Shown piece after piece: positions 1 to 10,171 of a stretch of DNA of 64,000 nucleotides; the stretch's first letter is position 1, and the number at the start of each line of letters is the position of its first letter. The translations under genes were made by a program, and so were the position numbers. Below the pieces are notes generated by a model that searched no databases, was not told the DNA's origin, and worked only from the letters and a program-made list of their open reading frames with translations. The stretch is from Alphaproteobacteria bacterium. GTDB taxonomy: Bacteria > Myxococcota_A > UBA796 > GCA-2862545. The stretch is taken from assembly GCA_020632925.1 (NCBI GenBank), contig JACKER010000007.1, positions 180,910 through 244,909 on the forward strand, written 5' to 3'.

Positions 1-84
1 GCCGCCATCCCCCGTCGTCTCCCCGGCGCAGGCCAGCCCGAACCCGAGGACCGTCGCTGCCAGGAACCACCGCGCTGCGCCCAT
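1..84 (-). CDS. Lipoprotein, N-terminal fragment only (the gene continues beyond the window start)
   Basis: The reverse strand reads ATG(84..82) MGAARWFLAATVLGFGLAC-AGETTGDGG, which is a signal peptide followed by an L-A-C lipobox. A GGAGGA Shine-Dalgarno sits 6 nt upstream on the reverse strand. Only 28 codons are visible. Confidence 0.45.
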   Translation of the reverse strand, partial: MGAARWFLAATVLGFGLACAGETTGDGG

Positions 85-145
85 CGCTTCCTCCGCACCG
101 CGGGAGGATGTCACACTCGGCCCCGTCCCGTCAGCGGCGTAGGAT

Positions 146-976
146 GTGGCCGGAGGGAGCGTGCACGCCGCGACGATGGTGGCCCAGGGGGTCACGATGA
201 TGGCGCTGCCGGCAGTGGCGCTGGCCCTCGTTCGGCGTCGGACGGGCGTCCCCATCGGTCCGGCGCTCGCCGGGGCGGCGGCCTTCGTCGGGTCGCAGGT
301 GGTCCACCTCCCGCTCAACGCCGGCGTCGCGGCCCTGTGTCCGCCGCTGCCGGAGGGCGTGGGGCGGTGGCTCGTGCCGCTGGCGCTCGGGGCCTCCGCG
401 GGGGTGTGCGAGGAGACCGCTCGCTGGGTCTCGCTGCGGCGCAACCGGACCTCGGCGGGCGCGCTCGCCACCGGCATCGGGCACGGCGGCGTGGAGGCGG
501 CGCTCCTGGGGTTGGCGGTCGTGGTCACCGTGGTGCGGCTGATGGGCGTCGGCGACGGCGAGGGGCTGCCCGAGGAGGCGCGGCAGCAGGTCGCACAGGT
601 GTGGGCGGCCTCGGACCTGGTCGCCCTCGTGGCCATCGCCGAGCGGGTGTTCGCCATGACCGCCCACGCAGCCGCCTCGCTGCTGGTCGGGCTCGCGGTG
701 GTGCGCCGCTCCGTGTGGCCGTGGCTCGGCGCCTTCCTGCTGCACGCCGCCCTCGACGCCGGGGCCGTGGCGCTGGCACCCGCCGGAGCGGTGGTGACCG
801 AGGGCTTCGTGGGTGGCGTGGCCCTCGCGTGTGTCGGGGTGATCGTGCTCGTGACGCGCGCCTGGCCGGTGGACGCGCCGCCCGCCGCCCCGCCCGTCCC
901 GCCACCGGCGTCCGCCGGGTCGCTCTCCCGCAGGCCCCTGTCCGCGTCCGACGCGCTGCACGACGACCTCGGGTAG
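146..976 (+). CDS. CPBP/YhfC-like intramembrane metalloprotease (CAAX-protease/Abi family)
   Basis: Polytopic hydrophobic protein carrying the three CPBP motifs: EETAR (EExxR), FAMTAH (FxxxH) and HAALD (HxxxD). It lies directly upstream of an ABC ATPase and permease. The start is uncertain between GTG 146 and internal ATGs. Confidence 0.6.
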   Translation: MAGGSVHAATMVAQGVTMMALPAVALALVRRRTGVPIGPALAGAAAFVGSQVVHLPLNAGVAALCPPLPEGVGRWLVPLALGASAGVCEETARWVSLRRNRTSAGALATGIGHGGVEAALLGLAVVVTVVRLMGVGDGEGLPEEARQQVAQVWAASDLVALVAIAERVFAMTAHAAASLLVGLAVVRRSVWPWLGAFLLHAALDAGAVALAPAGAVVTEGFVGGVALACVGVIVLVTRAWPVDAPPAAPPVPPPASAGSLSRRPLSASDALHDDLG

Positions 977-985
977 GGTGCGGCG

Positions 986-1896
<911 letters not shown>

Positions 1897-1900
<4 letters not shown>

Positions 1901-2691
1901 GCCGGATGGTGGCGCTCCTGCGCAAGGAGGCCCTGGACCTCGTGAAGCACCGCATGGTGCTGGTGACGCTGCTGCTCGTCCCGTCGCTGCTGACGCTGGT
2001 GGCGCTGGGCTCGGTGGTGCCGTTGCAGGCGTTGCCCCAGGGCGAGGTGTCCATGGACGAGCTCGGCCCGCTCGCGGCGAGCGTGGACTGCACCGATCTG
2101 GCGCCCGAGGACTGCCTCCGCTTGTCCGTCGCCGCGATGCACCGGCTGCTGTACCTCATCATCCCCACCACCCTGCCGACGGTGATCGCGGCCTACTCGG
2201 TCGTCGGCGAGAAGTCCGAGCGGACGCTCGAGGCCCTGCTGGCGACGCCGATCTCCACGACCGAGCTGCTGTCGGCGAAGGGGCTCGCGGCCCTGATCCC
2301 GGCGGTGGTGGCCACCTGGCTGGCTGCGGCGGTCCACGCGGCCGGCCTGTTCGCTGCCGTCGGACCGGACCTGCTCGCTCGCGTCTACACCCCCGCCTGG
2401 CTGGCGGCCCTCGTCGCGACCGTGCCGACGCTGGCGCTCGCCTCCGTCCTGCTGTCGCTGCTCGTGTCGAGCCGATCGGTCGACCCGCGATCGGCACAGC
2501 AGCTGGGTGGCTTCGTCGTGGTCCCGATCGTGGGGATGCTGATCGCCCAGTCGCTCGGCGTGGGCGTGCTGCGCGCCCCGGTGCTGGCGGCGTTGACCAT
2601 CGGCGCGGCGGCGATCGACGCGTTGCTGATGTGGCTGTGCGTGCAGGTCTTCGAGCGCGAGAGCATCCTCGTTCGCTGGAAGGGGATGTGA
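1897..2691 (+). CDS. ABC-2 type transporter permease
   Basis: Starts at ATG 1897, overlapping the ATPase stop (ATGA). It has about 6 predicted TM helices with composition typical of an ABC-2 permease. Confidence 0.8.
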
Positions 2692-2730
2692 TCTTGCCAC
2701 ACGGACCAGCGGTGAGCGTATGCTGGTCGT

Positions 2731-4362
2731 ATGGGGCAAGGGCCGTCAGGGAGGGGGTTGATCCTGGCAGCGCCGGTCCTCGGCGTCGCCCTGCTGCTGT
2801 ATGCGGGCTCGGCGCTCTGGTCGGGTGCGGCGACCTGGGGGCTCGCGGTCGCGTTGGGTTGCGGAACTTCGGCGGTGGGCCTCCTGATCGCCACCGGACG
2901 GATGATGGCCCGCACCGAGCGCCTGGAGGCGGATCTGGCGCACCAGGGCATGCGCTGTCGGTCCGCCGAGCAGCAGCTCCACGCGGAGGGCGAGCGGCTG
3001 CGCGCGCTGGGCGTCGCGTCGATGGAGGTGAGCGGGGCGACGGTGACGCACGCGTCGGAGCTGCTGGCGGCGCTGGTGCAGGAGCCCGACCAGCTCTGGC
3101 GTCGGGCGCGGACGGCGCTCGTCCAGGAACGTTGCGGGGTGTGCCTCGAGCCCGAGCTGCGGGGTGCCACGGTCGTCCAGCTCGACGGCCGCGTGCTGGA
3201 GCTGGTCGCCACCGGACACCGCCACGACGGTGGGCGCAAGGTCGGCGGCGACGTGGTCCTGGTGCGGGACACGACCGACCTGCAGGCGCTCCAGCGACGC
3301 CTGGAGGGTGCGGAGCAGCTCGCCACCGTCGGGACGCTGGCGGCCACGGTCGCGCACGAGCTGAACAACCCGCTCGTGGGGGTGATGGCGAACCTGGAGG
3401 TGCTGGCGGACCACCTCGCCGTCCCAGGCGCCGATCCGGAGATCGTGGAGTGCCTGTACGACGCGCGCGACGCCGCCTCCCGCGTGCGGGCGATCGCCGC
3501 CGACCTGCGGACCCTGGCCCGCCCGGAGGACGCGTCCCCGGTGCCGACCGACGTGGCGACGGTGGTGCTGAGCTCGCTGCGCCTGTTGCGCCACACCGCC
3601 GGCAGCACCCCGCTCGAGGCCGAGCTCGACACCGGGCTGCCCAAGGTCATGGCGACGGAGGGGCGCCTCGGGCAGGTGCTGTTGAACCTGCTCACCAATG
3701 CGATCGCCGCGAGCGTGGAGACGGACACCTCCGCGGGCGTCCGCCTCCGTGGGCGCGCTGACGGCGACTTCGTCCGGATCGAGGTCATCGACCACGGACC
3801 GGGCATCCCGGCGGACCTCCGGGACCAGCTGTTCACCCCGTTCGCCACCGGGCGGCCGGGCGTGGGGACGGGCCTCGGGCTCTACACCTGTCGGCGGATC
3901 GTGGAGGGCTTCGGCGGCACGGTGGACCTCGATCAAGGTGGTGGTGCCGTCGTCGCCACGGTCCGCCTCCCGATCGCGCCGGGGGCCGCGCCGGTCGAGG
4001 GGCGCGGGCCGGTGCTGGTCGTGGACGACGATCCGACCGTGGGCCGAGCGCTGGCCCGTCGGCTCGGACCCGTCCCCGTCACGGTCGTCCGCGATCTGGC
4101 CGCGGCGCGCGTGGAGCTGCAGCGCCGTCGGTGGGACGTGGTGCTGGTCGACGTCCACCTCGACGGAGAGCTCGGCACCGACCTGCTCGACGACGCGCTC
4201 GCGGTCCGTGGGACCACGCTCGTGTTCATGTCCGGCGGCGCGCCCGACGCGGAGCTCATGGCCCGTATCCGGCGGGGAGGCTGCCGCCTGCTGGAGAAGC
4301 CGTTCAGCCCCGCGGCGGTCTGGGACCTCTCGGAGGAGGGCAGGGACCCGATGCTGCGCTGA
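2731..4362 (+). CDS. Hybrid sensor histidine kinase (N-terminal TM region, HisKA, HATPase, C-terminal receiver domain)
   Basis: N-terminal TM helices, H-box VAHELNNPL, G-boxes IDHGPGIP and GTGLGLYTCRRIV, then a receiver domain (VLVVDDDP...VLVDVHLDG). Confidence 0.88.
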   Translation: MGQGPSGRGLILAAPVLGVALLLYAGSALWSGAATWGLAVALGCGTSAVGLLIATGRMMARTERLEADLAHQGMRCRSAEQQLHAEGERLRALGVASMEVSGATVTHASELLAALVQEPDQLWRRARTALVQERCGVCLEPELRGATVVQLDGRVLELVATGHRHDGGRKVGGDVVLVRDTTDLQALQRRLEGAEQLATVGTLAATVAHELNNPLVGVMANLEVLADHLAVPGADPEIVECLYDARDAASRVRAIAADLRTLARPEDASPVPTDVATVVLSSLRLLRHTAGSTPLEAELDTGLPKVMATEGRLGQVLLNLLTNAIAASVETDTSAGVRLRGRADGDFVRIEVIDHGPGIPADLRDQLFTPFATGRPGVGTGLGLYTCRRIVEGFGGTVDLDQGGGAVVATVRLPIAPGAAPVEGRGPVLVVDDDPTVGRALARRLGPVPVTVVRDLAAARVELQRRRWDVVLVDVHLDGELGTDLLDDALAVRGTTLVFMSGGAPDAELMARIRRGGCRLLEKPFSPAAVWDLSEEGRDPMLR

Positions 4363-4383
4363 CGATGTTACCGGGCCGGCGAG

Positions 4384-5802
4384 GTGCCGGTGGTGTGGAC
4401 CCCAGAATGGTTCGGCGTGGACCGCGACGTGCTCCGGCGGGTGCTGAGCGTGCTCGCGGAGCGTGGCGCGGACCACGGTGAGATCTTCCTCCAGCACGCA
4501 CGCACGACCCGGGTCGTGATGGAGGACGGGATCCTCGGGCGCGCCGAGGTGCGCGTGGACCACGGTGCCGGCCTGCGCGCGGTGGTCGGGGACCGCGTGG
4601 GGTACGCGTTCACCGAGGACCTGTCGGAGCGCAGCCTGACGGACGCGGCGCGCACGGCGGCGAGCATCGCGCAGGGGGGCGTCCGCCACGGGCCGGTGGC
4701 GCTGGTCGACGGCCGACCGCAGGGCGACCGGTACCGTCTCCAGCGCGGCTGGGGTGAGGTCGCCGTCCGTGAGCGGATCGATCTCGTCCACCGGGTCGAG
4801 GCGCTGGCCCGCGACCTCGATCCCCGCGTGCAACAGGTCCAGGCCAGCCTGATCGACGTCGACGAGCGCGTGGTGATCGCGAGCATCGACGGGCGCGTGA
4901 CGCTCGACGATCGGCCCATGGCGCGCCTCGGCGTCCAGATCACCGCCGTCTCCGAGGGTCGCGTCCGGACCGGCAGCAGCAACCTCGCCGGACGGCGTGG
5001 GCTCGACTGGTTCGACGAGGGACGCCTCCAGCAGGTGGCGAAGGAGGCGGTGGAGCGCACCGTCGTCCAGTTCGACGCGGTCCAGCCCCGCTCGGGGGAG
5101 TGGCCGGTGATCCTGGCGGCGGGGGCGAGCGGCATCCTGCTGCACGAGGCCGTGGGGCACGGGATGGAGGCCGACTTCGCCCGCCGGGACGAGACGATCT
5201 ACAGCTCGATGATCGGTCGCCGGGTGGCGCCGCCCTTCGTCACCATCGTGGACGACGGGACGCAGGCCGGCGAGCGCGGCTCGATCGAGGTCGACGACGA
5301 GGGGACCGAGGGGCAGCACACGGTGCTCGTCCGAGAGGGTGTGCTCGAGACCTTCCTGCACGACCGGGTGAGCGCCGCCCACTACGGCCTGCGGTCCACG
5401 GGCTCGGGGCGCCGCGAGTCGTACCGGCACCCGCCGATGCCGCGCATGCGCAGCACGTACATGGCGTCCGGTCCGAACACCGCTGAGGAGATCGTGCGCT
5501 CGGTGAAGTACGGCATCCTCGCGGAGACGTTCGCGAACGGCCAGGTCCAGATCGGCGCCGGCGACTACACCTTCTTCGTCCGCGGCGGCTGGCTGGTCGA
5601 GGACGGTCGGGTGACGGCGCCCATCCGCGACGTGAACATCATCGGCAACGGTCCGGAGACGTTGGAGCGCGTGACGATGGTGGGCGACGATCTGCGGCTC
5701 GACACGGGTGGGTGGACCTGCGGCAAGGACGGGCAGCGCGTCGCGGTGTCGCAGGGCATGCCGACCGTGCTGGTGTCCCGACTGACGGTGGGTGGCGCGT
5801 GA
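4384..5802 (+). CDS. tldD: Metalloprotease TldD
   Basis: Length and N-terminal alignment fit TldD (LAERGADHGEIFLQH...). Carries the HEAVGHGMEADF metal-binding motif and the GxC/GGWLVEDG C-terminal region. Confidence 0.9.
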   Translation: MPVVWTPEWFGVDRDVLRRVLSVLAERGADHGEIFLQHARTTRVVMEDGILGRAEVRVDHGAGLRAVVGDRVGYAFTEDLSERSLTDAARTAASIAQGGVRHGPVALVDGRPQGDRYRLQRGWGEVAVRERIDLVHRVEALARDLDPRVQQVQASLIDVDERVVIASIDGRVTLDDRPMARLGVQITAVSEGRVRTGSSNLAGRRGLDWFDEGRLQQVAKEAVERTVVQFDAVQPRSGEWPVILAAGASGILLHEAVGHGMEADFARRDETIYSSMIGRRVAPPFVTIVDDGTQAGERGSIEVDDEGTEGQHTVLVREGVLETFLHDRVSAAHYGLRSTGSGRRESYRHPPMPRMRSTYMASGPNTAEEIVRSVKYGILAETFANGQVQIGAGDYTFFVRGGWLVEDGRVTAPIRDVNIIGNGPETLERVTMVGDDLRLDTGGWTCGKDGQRVAVSQGMPTVLVSRLTVGGA

Positions 5803-7109
5803 CCGAGGAGCAGGGACTGACGATCGCGCTGGAAGCTGCGAAGGCGGCGGGAGCTTCGGATGCGTACGTCGACGTGGCGCGTACGCGCGAGGTGACGTTG
5901 CGCCGGCGGCAGGGTCGGATCGAGACCTCGTCGGAGGCGACGACCCGCTCGTTGTCGGTGCGGGTCTGGGTGGACGGCCGATACGGAGCGGCCGCGACGA
6001 CCGACCTGCGTCCCGAGGGTCTGCCCGACTTCGTGCGTCACCTGGTCGCGCTCACCCGCGAGCTCGAGCCCGATCCCGATCGGCGCATCGCGGACCCCGC
6101 GCTCTACCCGGCCGGCCCCGGACCGGAGCTCGACGCGGCGGACCCGGCGGTGGCGGCGCTCGACCCGGCGACCCGCGAGGCGATGCTGGCGGACGCGGCG
6201 AGCGCGCTGGACGCCGACCCCGAGGTCCTCAGCGCCTCGGCCGAGATCCGCACGGCCGACGGGTTGCTCCTGGTCGCGTCGACCAACGGGCTGGCCACTC
6301 GGTGGCAGGGCACACGGGTCACCGTGTCCGCGCAGGCGACGGTGCGGGACTCGGGCGATCGGCGCAGCGAGGACCACGCCTGGGCCACCTGCCGTCACCT
6401 CGAGGACCTGCCGCGGCTGGCGGCGCTCGGTGAGGAGGCCGCGCGGCGTGCGAAGGAACGCGTGGGGAGCCAGCAGGGACGCACGCGGCGCGCGACGATG
6501 GTGGTCGAACCGCGCGCGGCGGGGACGCTGCTGCGCTGGCTGGTCGCGGGCGCCGAGGGCTCTGCGCTGCACCAGGGCCGCAGCTTCTGGCTGGGGCGCC
6601 TCGACGAGCCGGTGGTGAGCGACGTGCTCTCGCTGACGGACGATCCGTGGCTGCCGCGGGGCCTGCGCTCGCGGGTGCACGACGACGAGGGGATGGCGAG
6701 CGGACCGAGGGCCGTGATCGAGGGTGGGGCGCTGCGGTCGCCCTGGCTGGACACGACGTACGCCCGCAAGCTCGGCACCTCGCCCACCAACGGAACACCC
6801 TCGAACCTGGTGGTGCGCCCCGGTGAGCGTGGCCTGGACGCGATCGTCGGCTCGGTCGAGGACGGTGTGCTCGTCACCGACTGGGTGGGTGGCAACGTGT
6901 CGGAGTCGACGGGTGACTTCTCGGTCGGGCTGCGGGGCTTCGCGCTGCGCGGTGGGGTCCGCGGCGGGCCGGTGGGGGAGATGAACGCCTCGGGCAACCT
7001 GCTGGCGCTGTTCCGCTCGCTCGTGGAGGTGGGCGACGAGCCGTTCCGCTGGTCCCCGATGCTGAGCCCCGCGCTGGTGTTCGAGGACGCTCAGCTCAGC
7101 GGGTGCTGA
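5799..7109 (+). CDS. pmbA: Metalloprotease PmbA/TldE
   Basis: Paralogous to TldD and lacks HExxxH. Starts at GTG 5799, overlapping the tldD stop (GTGA). Forms the usual tldD-pmbA pair. Confidence 0.85.
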   Translation: MTEEQGLTIALEAAKAAGASDAYVDVARTREVTLRRRQGRIETSSEATTRSLSVRVWVDGRYGAAATTDLRPEGLPDFVRHLVALTRELEPDPDRRIADPALYPAGPGPELDAADPAVAALDPATREAMLADAASALDADPEVLSASAEIRTADGLLLVASTNGLATRWQGTRVTVSAQATVRDSGDRRSEDHAWATCRHLEDLPRLAALGEEAARRAKERVGSQQGRTRRATMVVEPRAAGTLLRWLVAGAEGSALHQGRSFWLGRLDEPVVSDVLSLTDDPWLPRGLRSRVHDDEGMASGPRAVIEGGALRSPWLDTTYARKLGTSPTNGTPSNLVVRPGERGLDAIVGSVEDGVLVTDWVGGNVSESTGDFSVGLRGFALRGGVRGGPVGEMNASGNLLALFRSLVEVGDEPFRWSPMLSPALVFEDAQLSGC

Positions 7110-7110
7110 T

Positions 7111-7986
7111 TCAGCAGGGGCACTGGTAGAAGGGCGTGGACAGCCCGCCACGTCGCCCGCCGGACACGCTCTCGAGGACCAGCTGCTGCTCGAGCCAGGT
7201 CCGCCCGATCAGCTCGAGCTCGCCGTCGCCCTCCACGTCGAGGATCTCGTCCACGGTGAGGACGTCCCCCAGGTCGCGCTCGACCACTGCGCGCAGGCCG
7301 CCGTTCGGGTCGACCTCGTACAGTCCGAGCACGCTCCCGGTCGGCTCACCACAGCTGCCGTCGAGGTGGGCGTGGGCCATCACTCGGACGACGCCGGTGC
7401 CCGGGTGGCGAAGCAGGCGCACGTCGACGGTCGGCACTCCCTCCAGCGCACCCGAGGCCACGCTGGCGAGCAGCGCGCTGCGTGCGGCCTGCTCCTGCTC
7501 CATCGTCGCGTCCTCCGTGTTCCAGACCACCGGCGCGGCGAGCTCCGCTGCGCGTCCCCAGCGCTCGACGGCGCAACCCTCGAGCTCCGCCGCGACCACG
7601 GCCGCCCCGTGGCGCACCACGAGCTCGGGCGTCCAGCTCGTCACCTCCTCGCCCGCGTAGGTCGGGTCCCCGAACAACCGGTCCAACCGGACGAACGACG
7701 TGACGCGGGCGACGCAGCCGCTGGCCAGTCGGACCGAGGTCAGGCCGGCGAGCTCGGCGGGAACCCGGTCGGTGGACAGCGGGCGCACCAGGGCGAGGTC
7801 GCCCTCGGGTCCCTGGATCAGCTCGCCCGGCTCGGCCAGCTCGGGTGCGGGACCCTCGAACGTCGCCCACACGTGCCCTCCGCCGCTCACCACGAACAGC
7901 AGCCCGGTCGGCGGCGGCGAGGTGATCGGCACGGGGACCGGCGTGTGGGAGAAGCACCCGAGCAGCGTGGGTAGCAGGAGTGGCAT
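7111..7986 (-). CDS. Hypothetical lipoprotein
   Basis: N-terminus MPLLLPTLLGC has a signal peptide and an L-L-G-C lipobox. Composition is natural (D/E/L/V rich). Convergent with pmbA. The overlapping ORFs 7346..7957(-) and 7366..7974(+) have Arg/Pro-rich artefact-like composition. Confidence 0.55.
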   Translation of the reverse strand: MPLLLPTLLGCFSHTPVPVPITSPPPTGLLFVVSGGGHVWATFEGPAPELAEPGELIQGPEGDLALVRPLSTDRVPAELAGLTSVRLASGCVARVTSFVRLDRLFGDPTYAGEEVTSWTPELVVRHGAAVVAAELEGCAVERWGRAAELAAPVVWNTEDATMEQEQAARSALLASVASGALEGVPTVDVRLLRHPGTGVVRVMAHAHLDGSCGEPTGSVLGLYEVDPNGGLRAVVERDLGDVLTVDEILDVEGDGELELIGRTWLEQQLVLESVSGGRRGGLSTPFYQCPC

Positions 7987-8071
7987 GTCGTGTCCTCGGT
8001 TCCGGGCGGGCGGACGACCTTCGTGCTCATTTTCCTTGCGGGAGCGTGTGTGGTGCGTCTATCCTCGGTCG

Positions 8072-10138
8072 ATGTGGTTCCTCACCATCCTGGCATGCAG
8101 TGACCCCTGTGGTGGCCCGCGCTTCGTCGATCAGGACGGTGACGGCTTCGGCCGCGGGAGGGCGGCCTCCTGCGAGGGTCCGGATGTGGTGCGGGTCGGC
8201 GGTGACTGCGACGACCACGACGCGAACGTCCATCCGGGCGCGCCCGAGGTCTGTGACGGCGGTGTCGACGACGACTGCGATCCCGACACCGTCGAGGAGG
8301 AGGTGGACGGCGGGCCGGTGTTCCGTGACACCGACAGGGACGGGTTCGGTGGTGAGCGCGTGCGCGAGGGGTGCCCTGGCGATCGCGAGTCCAGCGTCGG
8401 CGGAGACTGCAACGACCTCCAGCAGGACATCCACCCGGGTGCGGCGGAAGCGTGCAACGACGGGATCGACGACGACTGTGACCCCGCCACGCCCGACGAC
8501 GACGCGCTCGGCCCCCTCTGGTACGTCGATGCGGACCTCGACGGGTTCGGGGATCCGTCGCGTCCGCTGCGGACCTCGTGCCGACCGATCGGAGGCACGT
8601 CGACGGTGGCGACGGATTGCGACGACCAGCTCGCCAGCGTGAACCCCGAGGCTCAGGAGAGCTGCAACGATCGGGACGACGACTGCGATGGGCAGGTCGA
8701 CGACGATGTGTCCTGGTGGGACGTGTTCGAGGATGCCGATGGCGACGGCTGGGGGGCGGTCGCGCTCGGCACCGTCTGCCATGTCGAGCGAGGGCAGGTG
8801 ACACTGTCGGGTGATTGCGACGACACCGAGGCCGCCATCCACCCGCAGGCCGAGGAGGTGTGCAATCACGTCGACGACGACTGCGACGGGCAGGTCGACC
8901 CGGGGTTGTGGGTCGAGCAGTGGCCGGACCTGGACGGCGACCTCCACGGCGACGCGTCGGCGAGCTCGATCGTGGACTGCCGGACGCCGGGCTGGACGAC
9001 GAGCCCGTCGGACTGCGACGACGCCACCCCCACGGTGTACGAGGGGGCGCCCGAGCACTGCGACGGCCTCGACGAGGACTGCGACGGAGCGGTCGACGAG
9101 GACGCGGTCGATCGGCGGTACCTCGACCTGGATGGAGATGGGTTCGGTCGGACGGATCGGTTCGTGACCTCGTGCGACGCCGTGGGGGCGCCGAGCGGAG
9201 GAGACTGCGACGACGACGACGCGACTGCCTACCCGGGGGCGGTGGAGACCTGTGGCGACACCACGTCGGACTGCGATGCGCGCACCGATCCGTGCTCGGA
9301 CACGTGCGTCTGGGCCCGGCGTGGGTCGGACAGCGTCTCGCTGCGGCTGGACGACGGGACGCAGGTGGCGTCACTCCCGTGTTCGATCGACGCGGTGGAT
9401 CGAGCGGGCGTCCCCGTGCGGTCGGACGACCTGCTGGTCCGGTGGACGGACCCCGGCTCGGGCAGCTGCAATGGCGACTGGGTTCCACTCGATCAGGATC
9501 TCCCCGATCCCGTTTCCTGGGAGGTGTGCGTCGGCAACTGCCCGTATTGCGGCAACTACGACTACTACGAATACTACGGCTACTACTACGATTGTGATTG
9601 CACGACCTTCGAGGCCGCGCCCGAGGTGGGTCGGCTCGCGGTGGACGACGCCGGGCACGTCTGGGCGCCATTCGGCTTGCGTGCCGCAGGTGACGAGGAC
9701 GGTGGACTGCTGGAGGTCGTGAACCCGTATGTCGTGGCCCAGCGGATTCCGTTTCCCCAGGCGTCCGCGTCCGACGGGGTGTGGTTGGTGGGCGACGACC
9801 GGTTGTGGCTGGCGCAGGGTCCCGTGCTCGTGGCGTACACGTTGCCGGGGTTGAACCCCATGGCCGACGTGCCCGGTGGTCGCGTCGTCGACGCGCTCGA
9901 CGGGCGGATGGTGGTGCTCGGGGACGGACCCGCGCGGTTCGCGGGCGCTCGGGACGGGGTCGACCTCGGGGTGTTCGAGCCGCTGGACATCACGAGCGCG
10001 CTCGCCGTCGGTCCGGGCGACCTGCTGGCGACGTTGCCGGACGGCTCGGTCGTACGGACGCGCGGTGACGGCGTGGTCGTGCCCTGGCTCCCCGCGGGGT
10101 CGGCGACCGAACTGGTGGGTATCGCTCCCTGCCCGTAG
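8072..10138 (+). CDS. Cys-rich repeat lipoprotein of the MopE-like 'putative metal-binding motif' family
   Basis: N-terminus MWFLTILAC (lipobox). Contains at least 9 repeats of DCDDxDxxxxPGAxExCNGxDDDCDG. The C-terminal repeat-free domain is shared with the downstream paralog. Confidence 0.8.
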   Translation: MWFLTILACSDPCGGPRFVDQDGDGFGRGRAASCEGPDVVRVGGDCDDHDANVHPGAPEVCDGGVDDDCDPDTVEEEVDGGPVFRDTDRDGFGGERVREGCPGDRESSVGGDCNDLQQDIHPGAAEACNDGIDDDCDPATPDDDALGPLWYVDADLDGFGDPSRPLRTSCRPIGGTSTVATDCDDQLASVNPEAQESCNDRDDDCDGQVDDDVSWWDVFEDADGDGWGAVALGTVCHVERGQVTLSGDCDDTEAAIHPQAEEVCNHVDDDCDGQVDPGLWVEQWPDLDGDLHGDASASSIVDCRTPGWTTSPSDCDDATPTVYEGAPEHCDGLDEDCDGAVDEDAVDRRYLDLDGDGFGRTDRFVTSCDAVGAPSGGDCDDDDATAYPGAVETCGDTTSDCDARTDPCSDTCVWARRGSDSVSLRLDDGTQVASLPCSIDAVDRAGVPVRSDDLLVRWTDPGSGSCNGDWVPLDQDLPDPVSWEVCVGNCPYCGNYDYYEYYGYYYDCDCTTFEAAPEVGRLAVDDAGHVWAPFGLRAAGDEDGGLLEVVNPYVVAQRIPFPQASASDGVWLVGDDRLWLAQGPVLVAYTLPGLNPMADVPGGRVVDALDGRMVVLGDGPARFAGARDGVDLGVFEPLDITSALAVGPGDLLATLPDGSVVRTRGDGVVVPWLPAGSATELVGIAPCP

Positions 10139-10171
10139 CGGACGGATGGGCGGATCGAGTAGGGTTTCGGC

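Noticed and set aside
2746-5430. 894-aa minus-strand ORF antisense to the histidine kinase and tldD
   Set aside because: The sense-strand genes have clear H-box/G-box and TldD HExxxH motifs. The antisense product is Arg/Pro/His/Gly-rich junk.
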